Positions 17,427 through 28,822 of a stretch of DNA of 55,641 nt are shown here, one piece after another. Position 1 is the stretch's first letter, and each line of letters begins with the position of its first letter. The notes beneath the pieces were generated by a model. That model ran no database searches and was not told the DNA's origin. It saw only the letters and a list, made by a program, of their open reading frames with translations. The stretch lies in IMG/VR virus record IMGVR_UViG_3300020478_000010, positions 1 to 55,641 of that record. One strand, 5' to 3'. The position numbers were made by a program, and so were the translations under genes. This DNA is from a virus. Lineage: Duplodnaviria; Caudoviricetes.

Positions 17427-20400
17427 GAACCAAGTTGAGCATCTAGAAGTCCCATATTCATAAGTATTTTTTGTGAGGTTGTAGGACGACCAAATATAGT
17501 TTCTTTATTATTTTTTTCTTCTTTAGAAACTCTAGGTAAAATACTATTAGTAAATAAGTTAGTTTTATACTCCTGTAATTTTTTTATGTTTTCAGGAGTA
17601 AGTTTTATTCTTAAAAACTCTTCTACAGCATCTTCTGTATATGTTTTTTGTCCTGCTATAGACATACGAGGGACTTTAATAATTTCTGTTTCTACATTTG
17701 CCTGTTTAAATATATTAGGTATTTTATCTGTGTAAGTATCTACTAATCCACCATAATTTGTTTTTTTGTATCCCGTAATCATGTCTTCTTTAAAAGTAGA
17801 ACTAAAAAAATTATTATGGGTTAAAAAGTTATGCGCTTCTTTATAATGGTCCTGTAATTTATGTAGTTCTTCTATAATATTGTCCATACTTTTATAAGAT
17901 GAATTTGTACCTTCAAAAATTTTATCTAAATTAATAGTAGCAAGGCGATTGTCGTAAGCATCTACAGCTACATTGTCAATTTTATCTACATAAACTTTAT
18001 ATTTTTCTGTTTTAGCCAGCTCTTCAGCACTTGCAATTTTTTGTCCTGCAGAATCTACAAGGTTTTGTATTTGTGTCTCTTGCATTTGTTTAAAGTCTTT
18101 TTTAACATTGTTATTAAATGCTTTTAAATGTGATTTTTTTCCTTGAAGTATTTTAGATAATTCTTCATATATAACTTGGGGATTATCCGTATTAAAAATA
18201 GTTTTTAGTACCCCTTCTATAAGTACATTATGATTTTCAACATTATCAACTTGTTTAGCTGAATGGGCAGCAAGAGTTAATATAAATTCAGGATTTTTAA
18301 ATTTCTCCCTAAGCTCTTCGGGTATTTTTAAATAATCATAAGAAATACCGGAAGAGCTTGGGGAGAAGTTTAATAACACTTTTTTATGAAATGCACTTCG
18401 TTGAAAATAGGGGTCATTTGGTTTTTTATAAACAGGATTAACATCACTTGTTTTTCCCATAATGACAAAATTTTTAAAAACTTTATCTGCAGATATATCA
18501 GCAGCATCTGGCATTTTATTTGTTGAAATTAATCTTAAATACTCCATTTCAGAAAGAATCATTCTAGCAAAAGACGTTCCTAAATCTTTATTTACGTCGT
18601 AGTCTTTAAAATTTTTAAAGGTATTTTGTACAAGTATGCCGTCTATGTATCTTGTTCCTTTTTCTGAAATTGTATCAGTTGGTTTAATAAATGGTCTTCT
18701 ATGTTGGTAACTTAGGTTAATAAGGTCTGTTATACTGGTAGAATGTCTCTTTACTTGTGCCATATCTTGTTCAACTATATCAATTATTTGGTTAAAACTC
18801 TTTTTGTCAAATGCGTGTATTCCGATTCCATCATAAAGGTTTACATAATTAAATCCTGTTGTTTTGTTGCCAACTCCCGATTGAAAAAATTCTTTAATAT
18901 AAGGTTTTGCATTTTTTGTTATTGCATTATTATATTTGTTTAAATTTGTACCTTGTAAAGTCCATGATTGTAATTTTTGTGCAGTATGTATGGTTGGAAA
19001 AGCGATATATTTATTCCCTTGTTTAATTGCTTGCGCTATTGCAGCTTCTACTACTAAACCTGTAGCAATAGAATCTTTATTTTTTCCAGATACAGAAATT
19101 ATTTTTTCATTTAATGTTAAAGGAAACTCTTTTTTTAACAATTCTGCTTCCCGTTCATTAAAAAAAGAATATGGGTCTAATTTATTTACTTCTTCTACAA
19201 AATTTGGATTGACTTTACCATCTTTAAAATAATATTCACCATATAGTTTTTGTCTAAATTCTTTCATAAATGTTCCTATAGCATCGTCACTTACACCACC
19301 CGATACAACAAAAGAAGGGTCTGATATTTTGTTTTCCTTAATTATTTCTTCCATACTATGTCGTGCTGAAATAACTGAAGGGTCTTTAACAAATGACAGC
19401 TGACCCTCTACTATAGGATTATTTTTATAATAACTATTATAAAACTCTTTGGACAAGGCTTTGTTAAGTAATATGTACACCTGTGTTTCTAGTGTAGTAG
19501 GCGTTGAGTTTATAGTTACAGGACCTCTAGCAGTATTTACTGCAAGTTTAAAAGGTTTAAATGCATCTTGTTGTATTTCAAACGCAAACATTGTTTCTGG
19601 TATGGTGGAGTCATAGGCTTGTATTTTACTTACGTACTCTGGAGTATTTAAATTTAATTTTCTAAAATGTCCAAAATATCCTAAATTAGGCATTATGTTA
19701 GAGAGTTGTCCAATATCAGACATAGATTTAGGAAATTCTCCTGCTATTACTGTATGTTCAAAGCTATCCCCCATAGCTTTTGAATAGAAAAAAGGATGCA
19801 CACCTGCATACCCAACTGCGATTGCTGATGGGTTTTGTTCTATTGTTCCGGCACTAGAAGTAAAAACTCTAGGGTCATCTCCCGGACGCACCGCCATATT
19901 TTCAAAAACTTGTGATGTGCCATAAAGTGTCATATGTTTATTCGCACTTACAGAGGGCGATAGTTTTGGTTGCAAATCTGCAATTCTTTCTAATACATAT
20001 TTTTCAAAATCAGCACCAGTAACTTTTTTTTCTGCAGGTTTAATAAATCCTAAATTTTCAAAAAAACCTGTTGCTGCTTCTCTTTCAGCCATAAAATCAT
20101 CTATAAGCGTCTGTAGTATTTCTTTTTTTTGTTGATTTTTAGATATATCTGATGTATTTAATAAACTTTGTATTGCATTTGCATCAAATTCTCTCTCTAC
20201 ATTGTTCTTTCCTGATGTCTTACTTCTAAACCAGTTAGACAATATAGGACGACTGCCTAATGTTGCACCTACTCCTCCGGGTACAGGTAAAAGTAAATCT
20301 ATTTGTGGAAATGCATCAAAGAAAGCAGGAAAAGCTAGCTGAAATTTTTGTGCAAACCCTTCGCCTTTCTCATATTTTTCAATTAGTTTTTGTTTAGCTT

Positions 20401-20671
20401 TTTCAGGTAGATAGAGATTGTCTATATTTTCTAATTTTTCAGGAACACTTTTTTTTAATTTTTCTATTTCTTCTTTTTGTGGAATTTTAAAGGGGAAAAC
20501 AGTAGAAACACCCTTTTCTTTTGCTTCTTTAAAGTAAGCAGCTGGATTTAAAAATCTGTCTATCATAGAGATAGACATAGCACTTGCAGGAGACATCATA
20601 CCAGATGATTGATTTTCTTCTTCATTTGTTAAAGGGGACATAAGACCAGAGGATTTGTTTTCTTCAGCCAT
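17423..20671 (-). CDS. Large internal virion / ejection protein
   Basis: 1082 aa, last gene of the structural operon, TAATG-coupled. Confidence 0.6.
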   Translation of the reverse strand: MAEENKSSGLMSPLTNEEENQSSGMMSPASAMSISMIDRFLNPAAYFKEAKEKGVSTVFPFKIPQKEEIEKLKKSVPEKLENIDNLYLPEKAKQKLIEKYEKGEGFAQKFQLAFPAFFDAFPQIDLLLPVPGGVGATLGSRPILSNWFRSKTSGKNNVEREFDANAIQSLLNTSDISKNQQKKEILQTLIDDFMAEREAATGFFENLGFIKPAEKKVTGADFEKYVLERIADLQPKLSPSVSANKHMTLYGTSQVFENMAVRPGDDPRVFTSSAGTIEQNPSAIAVGYAGVHPFFYSKAMGDSFEHTVIAGEFPKSMSDIGQLSNIMPNLGYFGHFRKLNLNTPEYVSKIQAYDSTIPETMFAFEIQQDAFKPFKLAVNTARGPVTINSTPTTLETQVYILLNKALSKEFYNSYYKNNPIVEGQLSFVKDPSVISARHSMEEIIKENKISDPSFVVSGGVSDDAIGTFMKEFRQKLYGEYYFKDGKVNPNFVEEVNKLDPYSFFNEREAELLKKEFPLTLNEKIISVSGKNKDSIATGLVVEAAIAQAIKQGNKYIAFPTIHTAQKLQSWTLQGTNLNKYNNAITKNAKPYIKEFFQSGVGNKTTGFNYVNLYDGIGIHAFDKKSFNQIIDIVEQDMAQVKRHSTSITDLINLSYQHRRPFIKPTDTISEKGTRYIDGILVQNTFKNFKDYDVNKDLGTSFARMILSEMEYLRLISTNKMPDAADISADKVFKNFVIMGKTSDVNPVYKKPNDPYFQRSAFHKKVLLNFSPSSSGISYDYLKIPEELREKFKNPEFILTLAAHSAKQVDNVENHNVLIEGVLKTIFNTDNPQVIYEELSKILQGKKSHLKAFNNNVKKDFKQMQETQIQNLVDSAGQKIASAEELAKTEKYKVYVDKIDNVAVDAYDNRLATINLDKIFEGTNSSYKSMDNIIEELHKLQDHYKEAHNFLTHNNFFSSTFKEDMITGYKKTNYGGLVDTYTDKIPNIFKQANVETEIIKVPRMSIAGQKTYTEDAVEEFLRIKLTPENIKKLQEYKTNLFTNSILPRVSKEEKNNKETIFGRPTTSQKILMNMGLLDAQLGS

Positions 20672-23600
20672 TAGTTACTATAATACTTTGATACTGCAGG
20701 AGAAATATTTTGAGTATTTAATACTTCATCTGTTTGTTCATCTAAAGACTGTGCCGTTGTTAGAGAAAAAGAAGCAATAATATTTCCAAGAGCACCTTTT
20801 CCAAAAAACATTTGTCTTAACTTTTGTGCTGTAGATAAAGGTTTTCCTGTTCCTGTGACTGCTTGCACGAAGTTTTTATTTGTAAATAAGCGAGCTATTC
20901 TGCCTTGTGCGTGTAGTCGTGCAAGACCATCAACAAATTTACCGGGGTCAAGCGTAAATAAATTACCTATAATTTGCGCACCTGCTAATGCTGAACCTGC
21001 ATCTGCACCAGAGGACGACGTTGTTCTAACGTATTCTACTAATCTGTCAAGCATTTTTTTGTCATCAAAAGTAAGAATAGTCGATACATCACCTTTATTT
21101 TTACCAAATGCATTTCCTTGTTTTAAAAGCTGCACCAAATCACCAAAAACTTGAACGTCAATTTCTAGGTCTCCTACATCACCATAAGGACTATTCTGTT
21201 TTATTTCTTTAAGAACGCCACTTTTAGTAGATATTATGTAGTTTAATAGCCCTGCCCTTAAATTATCTTTTTCTTTCTTTGTTTTTGCATTTAATATTAG
21301 GTTTTTAAAATTTTGAGCTACATCAATAACGTCTGTATCTTTTAATGTTTTTTGAAACATATCGTCCATGCCAATTTGTGCATTTGACCTAACAGCAGAC
21401 TTTTCTAAAAATTTAGTTTCTTCAAGTCTTTCCAATATAATTAAATCTTTATCAATTCGTTTAAATGTTTCATCATCTATACCTAAAGCTAATCTTTCTT
21501 CTTTAGTAAAACTATTAAGATAGTCTCTCGCATTTTTTACAGAACCTAGTTTAGTGCCCCCCATATCTAAAGAGCCTTTCATTTTTTGGCTAATAATTTC
21601 TGCAAAAGCACTTTGTAATCTGTCTTTTGCAAGAGGGTCATCTGCACCTATTTGTTTTAAAACTGTTTTGTTCTTTAAAATATACTCACTCATTGCATTT
21701 ATATTAGAAATTGTAGAGGCAAACCTTTGTTTAGGTCCTGTGGCTGCTTCTGGTGTAGGTCCTAAACCAAAAATCTGTGCAAACTCAGCTTTTTCGTAAG
21801 ATTCTTCTCCAATAATTTTTCTTTTTGTTCTTTGTTGTATTTGTATTTCAGAACCAGTTAAATCAAAGCCTCTTTTATAGTGTTCGTTAGCTGTGAGTAA
21901 ATCTTTTGCAATTTTATCATTGTCAAATACAACTTTACTTCCTTTTGGTGCAATAGGATTAGATATTTTATTTAACAAAGATTCTCCTAATTCATAAGTA
22001 AAAGTAGCTAGCTGGTTATTTGGTGCAGTGCCTATTTCACCGTATATATCACGTGACATCTCTCTTAATTTTGAAGAATATAATTGTAGTATTTTAGCAG
22101 GACTATCGTAGTACTGGTTTTTAAAATCTTTTCCAATAGATTCAGGATGGTCTTTCTTAAACTTATTTATTGCTGCTTTTAATGCTTGAGGATTTAATAC
22201 TTTATTCCCATTTTCTAAATTTTTACCTAGCAGCATAATGTCTTCAAGAATAGAGTTTAATTTTACATTACCCTCTGAAGCGGCTTTTGCCAGTGATGCA
22301 TCATATTTAACATCTCCTGTTTTAACTACTCCTTTAGGCGTAGTAGGAATTATTACTGCGCCTCTGTTTTTAATTGTAGTAACAATATCTGTTAAATCGT
22401 ATGACGCATTTTTTACTTGGTCAAAAACTTTATTGTATAAGGCTAAACTTTCAACTCTATATACATCTTTAAATACTTGTTCTAACTTTGCAATAGATGT
22501 TCCAAGTCTTTCAGGAGTTTCTCCTGTTTGCGTTATTTTTGTTTTTAAAGAATCTATTTGGTTTCGTATTCCTAATACAGACTTACGAAATAAATTAAAA
22601 TCTCCTGTGCCTACTTTTTTAGCTTCTTTTTGTAAAAAGTTTACAGCAGACTGCATTTGTTCTTTTAGTTTGTTTGGGATAATTATAGTGGTCTGTTCTG
22701 ATAAAGAAGTTAGACGTTGAATAATTTTGTTAGAATTAATTTGAGATAAAATTAAATCAGAAAGTCCGTAGCGTTCTGCTGTTATTTGAGAACTTATAGA
22801 ACTTTTATATGTTTGTCCAATTTTACTTTTTCCGCCTAGTAATCCTAATTCTCTAGCTCTAGCCATAGCCAGTACTATCCTATCAGCTATAGCCCCCGGA
22901 AAAGAGAAAACAGTTCCTAATAAAGCTTCAAAATTTTCATTCCACGAATCTTCATCTGCATCATTTTGAAAAAATACTTTTGCACTTGTTGGGTCTATAA
23001 CTTCTGCAAGTCCGTCCATAGCTCTAATAAAACTATTTGCTTCATCTTCTTTTAAGTCTAACTCTTCTCTAAGAAAATTTTTACCTTTTGCCGCCCCTTG
23101 ATTTAATGTATATAAAGTGTAAAGAAATGCAGCTGGTGCTGTAATAACTGCTGCATTTCCTGAAACACTTCCTACATAAGCTCCTGCAGCTAATGATGTT
23201 CCTACAGCTGCAGTGTCTATTCCTATATCCACACTAAAAGATGGTGCATATCTTTTTACTTGTTGTTTAAAAGAAGGTGTTACAGGAGAAAATTTACTAA
23301 ATTCTCCAGTATTTTCATCTATAACACTAACATAGTATTTAGGACTAAGAAAAGGTGCTTCCTTATCTATGATATATCTGTACTTACCTTCTCCTAAAGA
23401 AGCATTAAGACCATTTATAAACTGTTCGTCATCTAGCACAAAACCTAATCTAGCTAAATTTTTAAAACCAAGTTTTTCTGAAACTTGCGTTCCTTTTATA
23501 TCTATATCCTCTTCAGTATACCCTGCATCAATCGCTGCTTTTTCTGCACGAAGTTGTTGTCTTTCTTGTAGTGCTTGGGAATAGGGTGTGACGGCTTCTT

Positions 23601-23799
23601 CAGGAACATCAGCAAGAAAACCAAAAAGATTTTTAAAAGATGGTTTAGGAGGGGGAAATTCGGCTGCTTTTTTTGTATCTACAATTTGTAGCTGTCCGTC
23701 CATAAAGACAGGAACTTGACCAAACTTTTCTTCAGGTTCAGATGATTGTTGTTGAGGTACAGGTTGCCCATAGTAATTTGCAATATTTTGTGATGACAT
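20671..23799 (-). CDS. Internal virion / ejection protein
   Basis: 1042 aa, helical, Ala/Gly-rich hydrophobic segment near residues 190-230. Confidence 0.6.
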   Translation of the reverse strand: MSSQNIANYYGQPVPQQQSSEPEEKFGQVPVFMDGQLQIVDTKKAAEFPPPKPSFKNLFGFLADVPEEAVTPYSQALQERQQLRAEKAAIDAGYTEEDIDIKGTQVSEKLGFKNLARLGFVLDDEQFINGLNASLGEGKYRYIIDKEAPFLSPKYYVSVIDENTGEFSKFSPVTPSFKQQVKRYAPSFSVDIGIDTAAVGTSLAAGAYVGSVSGNAAVITAPAAFLYTLYTLNQGAAKGKNFLREELDLKEDEANSFIRAMDGLAEVIDPTSAKVFFQNDADEDSWNENFEALLGTVFSFPGAIADRIVLAMARARELGLLGGKSKIGQTYKSSISSQITAERYGLSDLILSQINSNKIIQRLTSLSEQTTIIIPNKLKEQMQSAVNFLQKEAKKVGTGDFNLFRKSVLGIRNQIDSLKTKITQTGETPERLGTSIAKLEQVFKDVYRVESLALYNKVFDQVKNASYDLTDIVTTIKNRGAVIIPTTPKGVVKTGDVKYDASLAKAASEGNVKLNSILEDIMLLGKNLENGNKVLNPQALKAAINKFKKDHPESIGKDFKNQYYDSPAKILQLYSSKLREMSRDIYGEIGTAPNNQLATFTYELGESLLNKISNPIAPKGSKVVFDNDKIAKDLLTANEHYKRGFDLTGSEIQIQQRTKRKIIGEESYEKAEFAQIFGLGPTPEAATGPKQRFASTISNINAMSEYILKNKTVLKQIGADDPLAKDRLQSAFAEIISQKMKGSLDMGGTKLGSVKNARDYLNSFTKEERLALGIDDETFKRIDKDLIILERLEETKFLEKSAVRSNAQIGMDDMFQKTLKDTDVIDVAQNFKNLILNAKTKKEKDNLRAGLLNYIISTKSGVLKEIKQNSPYGDVGDLEIDVQVFGDLVQLLKQGNAFGKNKGDVSTILTFDDKKMLDRLVEYVRTTSSSGADAGSALAGAQIIGNLFTLDPGKFVDGLARLHAQGRIARLFTNKNFVQAVTGTGKPLSTAQKLRQMFFGKGALGNIIASFSLTTAQSLDEQTDEVLNTQNISPAVSKYYSN

Positions 23800-23811
23800 T
23801 TTATACTTTCT

Positions 23812-26097
23812 TTATTGTATATCAGATACGCCAGTTGTTACAAAATTTTTCCTATATGCTTTTTCGTCTTGTCTGTAAGCATATATTGCTTCCATAGCAA
23901 GAATAGCACGCTTGTGAAGTATATCAAATTCTGTTAAATACGCATCTTTTTCTTTTTGTGTTGTTAAATTATTAAACTCTTCTTTTGTTAATATTTTACC
24001 TGTAGAAGAAATACCACTAGCCAATACCATTTTATTTAATAAATCACGGGCTATAGAATCTTCATCAAAATCAATGCCTCCATCTTTTTTAACAATAATC
24101 GTTTTATTAGGCATTAAGTCTGACAAGCCAATTGCTATTCCTGTTGTAAATATTCTTTCTACCCCAACTAACGCAGCTTGTGCAGCACTTGAACCAATAG
24201 CATTATTGTTAATAATTCCAATAAAATTTAATACTAATTTTAAATCTTGGTCAGATAGACGGGGGTCTTCAAATAATCTCCCTTTAACATTAGTTATAAA
24301 TCCGGTTTTTCGCTGTTCTGCATCTTGTAGCATACCTGTCATTCGTCTGTCTGCTAGGTCGTAACCTGTTACTGTTGCTTGAATATCTGAAATGTTACCA
24401 AAAAAACGTCTAGCATTTCCTATTGCATTATAAGCATTTGGAAATTCTCTTAGTAATCCTAATAAGAAAGATACATCTCCCAGTCCTGTTTGATTTCTAT
24501 TAAGATTATTATTAATTTCTTTTATAATTTCATCAGTGGGTTCACTTCGTTCTCCCGGACCAATATTAATTTGTTTTACAAAAACTTTTATTTGTCCATC
24601 AACTCCAACTACTACATCTTCAGCGTACAGTCTGCCATCAAGAATATGAGCATCCATAATAGCAAACTCATTTGCTTTTGTTCTTACTTCATTTGCAATT
24701 TGTTTTTGTTTTTCTTCATTCCCCGCTGCGTTAGAAAGTAATTCTGCGTAATAGGGAGATGTAATAATTGAATTATAAAACATATCCGATTTTACTTGTT
24801 CTTTTGCACTAAGTGTTTTTTCCTCTTCTGGATATGTTGGTTTTAAATTTTTAACCAGCAAATTAACAACTTGCCAAGCCTCATCATTATCAAGATTCCG
24901 TTGTGCATGTGTAAGAGCATCACTTAATTCTTCTATTTTACCTGCAGGATATTCAACTCCTTTAGATATACTTTTTTCAAGATGTTTAACGGCTAAATCA
25001 TTTATAGTTTTTTGATATGGTGATAATTTCTTTTCAGTGGTTTTTTGTTTTATTACTTTATTTTGTGTTATATCAAAATACAACTCTTCTACTTTTTGCC
25101 AATCTTCATCTTCACCACTTCCTATAGCCTCAGCTTGTGCTTTACCTAGCTGTAATATTTTTGCGTTGTCAAAGGTTATATCTTTATTATTTATAACAGA
25201 GCCTAGTAATGTTTCTGTATTTTTAGATAAGGTTTGCCATTTTAAATCTATTTTAGCGTTTTCTGGTTTAGATATAGGTACAATTTTTTCAACTCTGCCA
25301 CTAATTAACGCCATACTAACTGCATCATCATTTTCCATAGCAGTTATCATGTTATTAATAGCACTTTGAGCAAACGTAACATCTCCTTCTTTATATTGTC
25401 CTTGATTATCAGGACTTAGAACACGATTGATAACAGTTTTTACATTTAAAAACATTTGTCCGGAAGGAGAATCTGTTGAAAATATGCTCTTCTCATCTTG
25501 TTTTTCTAAAGCAGCTAACATAGCTTCAGGAGCAGGTTTAACCTTGTATTGTACTTCAGGTAATAAATCACCAAATGTACCAGATAACATACTTTTTACT
25601 CTGTCAACAGATACCCCTCGTCTTTTTGCAAATATTTTTATAGCCTCTTCAGTACCATACTGCTTAAATAAACCTGCAAAGTCGCTAAGCATAGAAGTTT
25701 CAACAGCTTCTTTAGGTGCAGCATCTACTTGCATTTGGTCAGTCAAAGTTGTTTCTTTAGTGGGTGCAATAGCTAGAGTAGGAATTTCTTGGTCGCCATA
25801 GGTGTCAATCATGTTTTTTAGTTGTTCTCGTGTTTTGCTTTCATCTCCACCGTTAGCTGCATATACAGAATTTACTATACCTTTCTCTACACCAAAATCA
25901 CTGGCTATACGTTCTATATTAGCAATGTTAGCTTGGGCTGCTGACATTTTAGTTTTAAACTCTTTTTCTGCATTATTATACAAAAGTCCCATTTCTTTTA
26001 AATCTTCTTCTAACTTTGCCGGTACAGCTTGCAGTCCGGCTGTACCCATATCGGCAGCCCCCTTTATTAATCCTGCTGCAAATGAACTTAATGCCAT
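23812..26097 (-). CDS. Internal virion / ejection protein
   Basis: 761 aa; N-terminal SFAAGLIKGAA amphipathic helix typical of podovirus core proteins. Confidence 0.6.
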   Translation of the reverse strand: MALSSFAAGLIKGAADMGTAGLQAVPAKLEEDLKEMGLLYNNAEKEFKTKMSAAQANIANIERIASDFGVEKGIVNSVYAANGGDESKTREQLKNMIDTYGDQEIPTLAIAPTKETTLTDQMQVDAAPKEAVETSMLSDFAGLFKQYGTEEAIKIFAKRRGVSVDRVKSMLSGTFGDLLPEVQYKVKPAPEAMLAALEKQDEKSIFSTDSPSGQMFLNVKTVINRVLSPDNQGQYKEGDVTFAQSAINNMITAMENDDAVSMALISGRVEKIVPISKPENAKIDLKWQTLSKNTETLLGSVINNKDITFDNAKILQLGKAQAEAIGSGEDEDWQKVEELYFDITQNKVIKQKTTEKKLSPYQKTINDLAVKHLEKSISKGVEYPAGKIEELSDALTHAQRNLDNDEAWQVVNLLVKNLKPTYPEEEKTLSAKEQVKSDMFYNSIITSPYYAELLSNAAGNEEKQKQIANEVRTKANEFAIMDAHILDGRLYAEDVVVGVDGQIKVFVKQINIGPGERSEPTDEIIKEINNNLNRNQTGLGDVSFLLGLLREFPNAYNAIGNARRFFGNISDIQATVTGYDLADRRMTGMLQDAEQRKTGFITNVKGRLFEDPRLSDQDLKLVLNFIGIINNNAIGSSAAQAALVGVERIFTTGIAIGLSDLMPNKTIIVKKDGGIDFDEDSIARDLLNKMVLASGISSTGKILTKEEFNNLTTQKEKDAYLTEFDILHKRAILAMEAIYAYRQDEKAYRKNFVTTGVSDIQ

Positions 26098-26636
26098 TAT
26101 ATAGTCTCCTTTTTAGCCATAATACCTTGTGGTTGTATTTCTTCTTTAATTTCTTGTGTTTTTTGAGGTGCTGGTGTAATTTTACCTTCAAACTCTTTCT
26201 TTTCTTTTTCCCCTCTAGCTAACTGATGGAACACGTCTTCAACATCTATTTCATCTTCTGATTCTGAAACTTTATATTTAATCCCTGCTGAGTCAGCTAA
26301 ATACATAATCAACATGCCTAAATCTTCTACTGCAAGTATAGCTACGTCAGGAGTAAACATACCCTCTGAAAAACCTGCTAGTAGCATAGAATCCACCAGT
26401 GTATCTACAGGAATACCGGAAGATAATAATCCAATAAGATGTTGTGCAGACTCTTCGTTGTTAAATTTAGATGCAAAATGGTCCATAACCTCATCTGCAG
26501 TATTAAACATAGGAGGTTTGTCCCATGGGTAAAGCCCCGGTGCTTTTGTCCAAGACTGTCCGGGTATATTTGTGTCAAATGCAGAACGCTCTGCACCGCT
26601 TGGTAAAGTGATTTTGTCAGATAAAATTGGTTTCAT
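26097..26636 (-). CDS. Conserved virion-module protein
   Basis: IPGQSWT...YPWDKPP...GFSEGMFTPD motif; TAATG-coupled. Confidence 0.65.
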   Translation of the reverse strand: MKPILSDKITLPSGAERSAFDTNIPGQSWTKAPGLYPWDKPPMFNTADEVMDHFASKFNNEESAQHLIGLLSSGIPVDTLVDSMLLAGFSEGMFTPDVAILAVEDLGMLIMYLADSAGIKYKVSESEDEIDVEDVFHQLARGEKEKKEFEGKITPAPQKTQEIKEEIQPQGIMAKKETI

Positions 26637-26637
26637 A

Positions 26638-26886
26638 TTAGCTATACTTTGTTATATTAAGCATTTTACGTAAAACGGAATTATATTTACTTGTTGCTGT
26701 TAATGCTGAACCAACAACAGGTGCGGCTTTGCTTTTAGGGCTATATCCTGTTCTTTTTCCGCTTCTTGCCATAAAAGGTCGTAGGTTAACTGATGGAGGT
26801 TTAGGCACAGGTTGTGCTTTAGTGCCTCCTATTAATTTATCTTTGGCTATTCCTAGCATCATACTTGTTACTAATTGTCCTAACAT
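26638..26886 (-). CDS. Small virion-module protein
   Basis: 82-aa basic ORF in operon. Confidence 0.55.
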   Translation of the reverse strand: MLGQLVTSMMLGIAKDKLIGGTKAQPVPKPPSVNLRPFMARSGKRTGYSPKSKAAPVVGSALTATSKYNSVLRKMLNITKYS

Positions 26887-26887
26887 A

Positions 26888-28822
26888 TTACTTACCTGTA
26901 TCCTTTTGAATTTTAGCTATACCTAGTGCTGTTAAAAACTCTCCAATAGAGGTAGCAGCTGAAGTATTTACATATTGGTCATACATATCTTTATTTACTT
27001 TTGATTCTAATATAGCCATAGCATAATTAAATGTTCTATCTTTTGAATTTTCTGCCGCTGAATATGCATAATCAGCTTCATCTCTATATTGTTGCCATAT
27101 ATTATTTAATGCAGTATTTGATATAGATAAATAATTTGTAGCGTTAATCTGATTAGCAGCATTTACTGCTGCAGTATTAGCTGTATTAACATTTCTACGC
27201 CAAGCGGCATTACTTTGTGCAATTTCTACAGAGTTTTTAGTATTAAACTGTTCACGTTGATTTTGCATTGTTGCTTTAAATTGTTGTAATGCGTTAGCTT
27301 GCCCTGCATTAAACTGTTCTTTTGCATTATTTTGTGCAGCATTAAACTGCGATATATTTGTAGATAACGTATCATAAAATTGATTTACTTGATTTTGACT
27401 TGTGGCATTAAACTGTTCAGCAGCATTTAAAGATGCTTGGTCAGATAACATACCTTGCATACGTGCCTGTTGATTAATTACTTCTGCCTGTTGTGCATTT
27501 GTTAAATTCGCCATTTCTATTTGCATAAAGTTTTGTGAAGATAGCACAGCGGCTTGTTGTCTATTATTTAAATTAGCTGTATCCATACTAGCAAGAGTTG
27601 CTGCATTTTGCAAGGTAGCCGCCTGTCTATTTGACAAGTTTTGTAATTCCATTGTTTCAATCATTTTAGAGTTAGCAAAAACTCTTTGTTGTTCTTGTGT
27701 AAAATTAAGATTGGCAGCTTCAGCAAATCTCTCAGCATTGAGGACATTTGCTTGTTGTTGGTTTGAGAGGGATTGTCCTGCTAAAGCTGCCTCTACCTGC
27801 ATTTTTGCTAACGCAGTTTGTTGACGATTTGAGGTATTCGCCAAATCTATATTCATATTATTTTGAGTATTTGTCAACCTTGCTTGCTGCTCATTATCCA
27901 TTATCTTAACAGCAGTTTGATAATACGTTTGTGCATCTTGTACAGCGATTGGTACAGAAGCTTCCATAACAGCTTGTGTTATTGCAGCTCCTGCCATTGA
28001 AGAAGCAGGTATCCCTCTTGCCGCCATTTGAGCATTTGCTGTTCTAACAACACCCGCTGCCCATGGTGGTACTTGTCCTTCATCAAATTGTTCAGATAGT
28101 CGTGTAAGCTGTCCTTCTACAGTCATGTCTGGAGTAACCTGCATGGTTGCTCCCTTCATATCACTTACAAATCCAGATTGTGCAGCCTGATACTTGTCTA
28201 AAAATCTAGTGTCTCCTATTGCAGCAACAACTTTTTCATCATCTCCAACTTGTCTTTCAGTTAAATCGCCCCTTTCAATAGTTTTAGCAGTTCCTGTTTG
28301 ACCCTCTGCAAGTGTTCCTATTTCTCCTTGTGCTGCATCTACCCCAACGGCAGTTCCTGTTTGTGCTTGTACCTCCGGGGTATCTCCTAAAAGAGCAGGA
28401 TTCATAGTTGCTGCAGGTACTTTACCTGCGGCTGTAGCAGTTTGTACACCAGCTTGTGTTTGTTCTACAGTAGGCAATCCAGTAACTTGCCCTAAGCTAG
28501 GGTCTAAAGTTTCATATCCTTCGTAAATTAATTGTTGTTGGGGGGTATATACACCTTGAGCGGGCATTAATGGATTAACTGCTTGTTCGCCCATGTAAGT
28601 TGCAACAGATGTAGGTTGAACTTCTGCAGGTGGTTGTTCTACAGGTGGTTCTGGTTGAGGACCCGGAGGTCCATCATCTTCCCCTATCATTAAAGTTTTT
28701 ACAACACCGTCAATCGGACCTATACCAGGCGGAAACTGTGGGTTTTGATTTGGGTCCATATAAGTATTATCTGCTGGAGTTTTAACTGGTTTGTCTGTTT
28801 GTTTTGGTGTATTTTCTGCCAT
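26888..28822 (-). CDS. Gln/Asn/Ala-rich internal virion (pilot-like) protein with N-terminal plesiocin-like motif
   Basis: VPPWAAG...MAARG...SSMAG motif, long (A/L)NxQQ and QFNA repeats; KTLMIGEDD at residues 42-50. Confidence 0.7.
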   Translation of the reverse strand: MAENTPKQTDKPVKTPADNTYMDPNQNPQFPPGIGPIDGVVKTLMIGEDDGPPGPQPEPPVEQPPAEVQPTSVATYMGEQAVNPLMPAQGVYTPQQQLIYEGYETLDPSLGQVTGLPTVEQTQAGVQTATAAGKVPAATMNPALLGDTPEVQAQTGTAVGVDAAQGEIGTLAEGQTGTAKTIERGDLTERQVGDDEKVVAAIGDTRFLDKYQAAQSGFVSDMKGATMQVTPDMTVEGQLTRLSEQFDEGQVPPWAAGVVRTANAQMAARGIPASSMAGAAITQAVMEASVPIAVQDAQTYYQTAVKIMDNEQQARLTNTQNNMNIDLANTSNRQQTALAKMQVEAALAGQSLSNQQQANVLNAERFAEAANLNFTQEQQRVFANSKMIETMELQNLSNRQAATLQNAATLASMDTANLNNRQQAAVLSSQNFMQIEMANLTNAQQAEVINQQARMQGMLSDQASLNAAEQFNATSQNQVNQFYDTLSTNISQFNAAQNNAKEQFNAGQANALQQFKATMQNQREQFNTKNSVEIAQSNAAWRRNVNTANTAAVNAANQINATNYLSISNTALNNIWQQYRDEADYAYSAAENSKDRTFNYAMAILESKVNKDMYDQYVNTSAATSIGEFLTALGIAKIQKDTGK

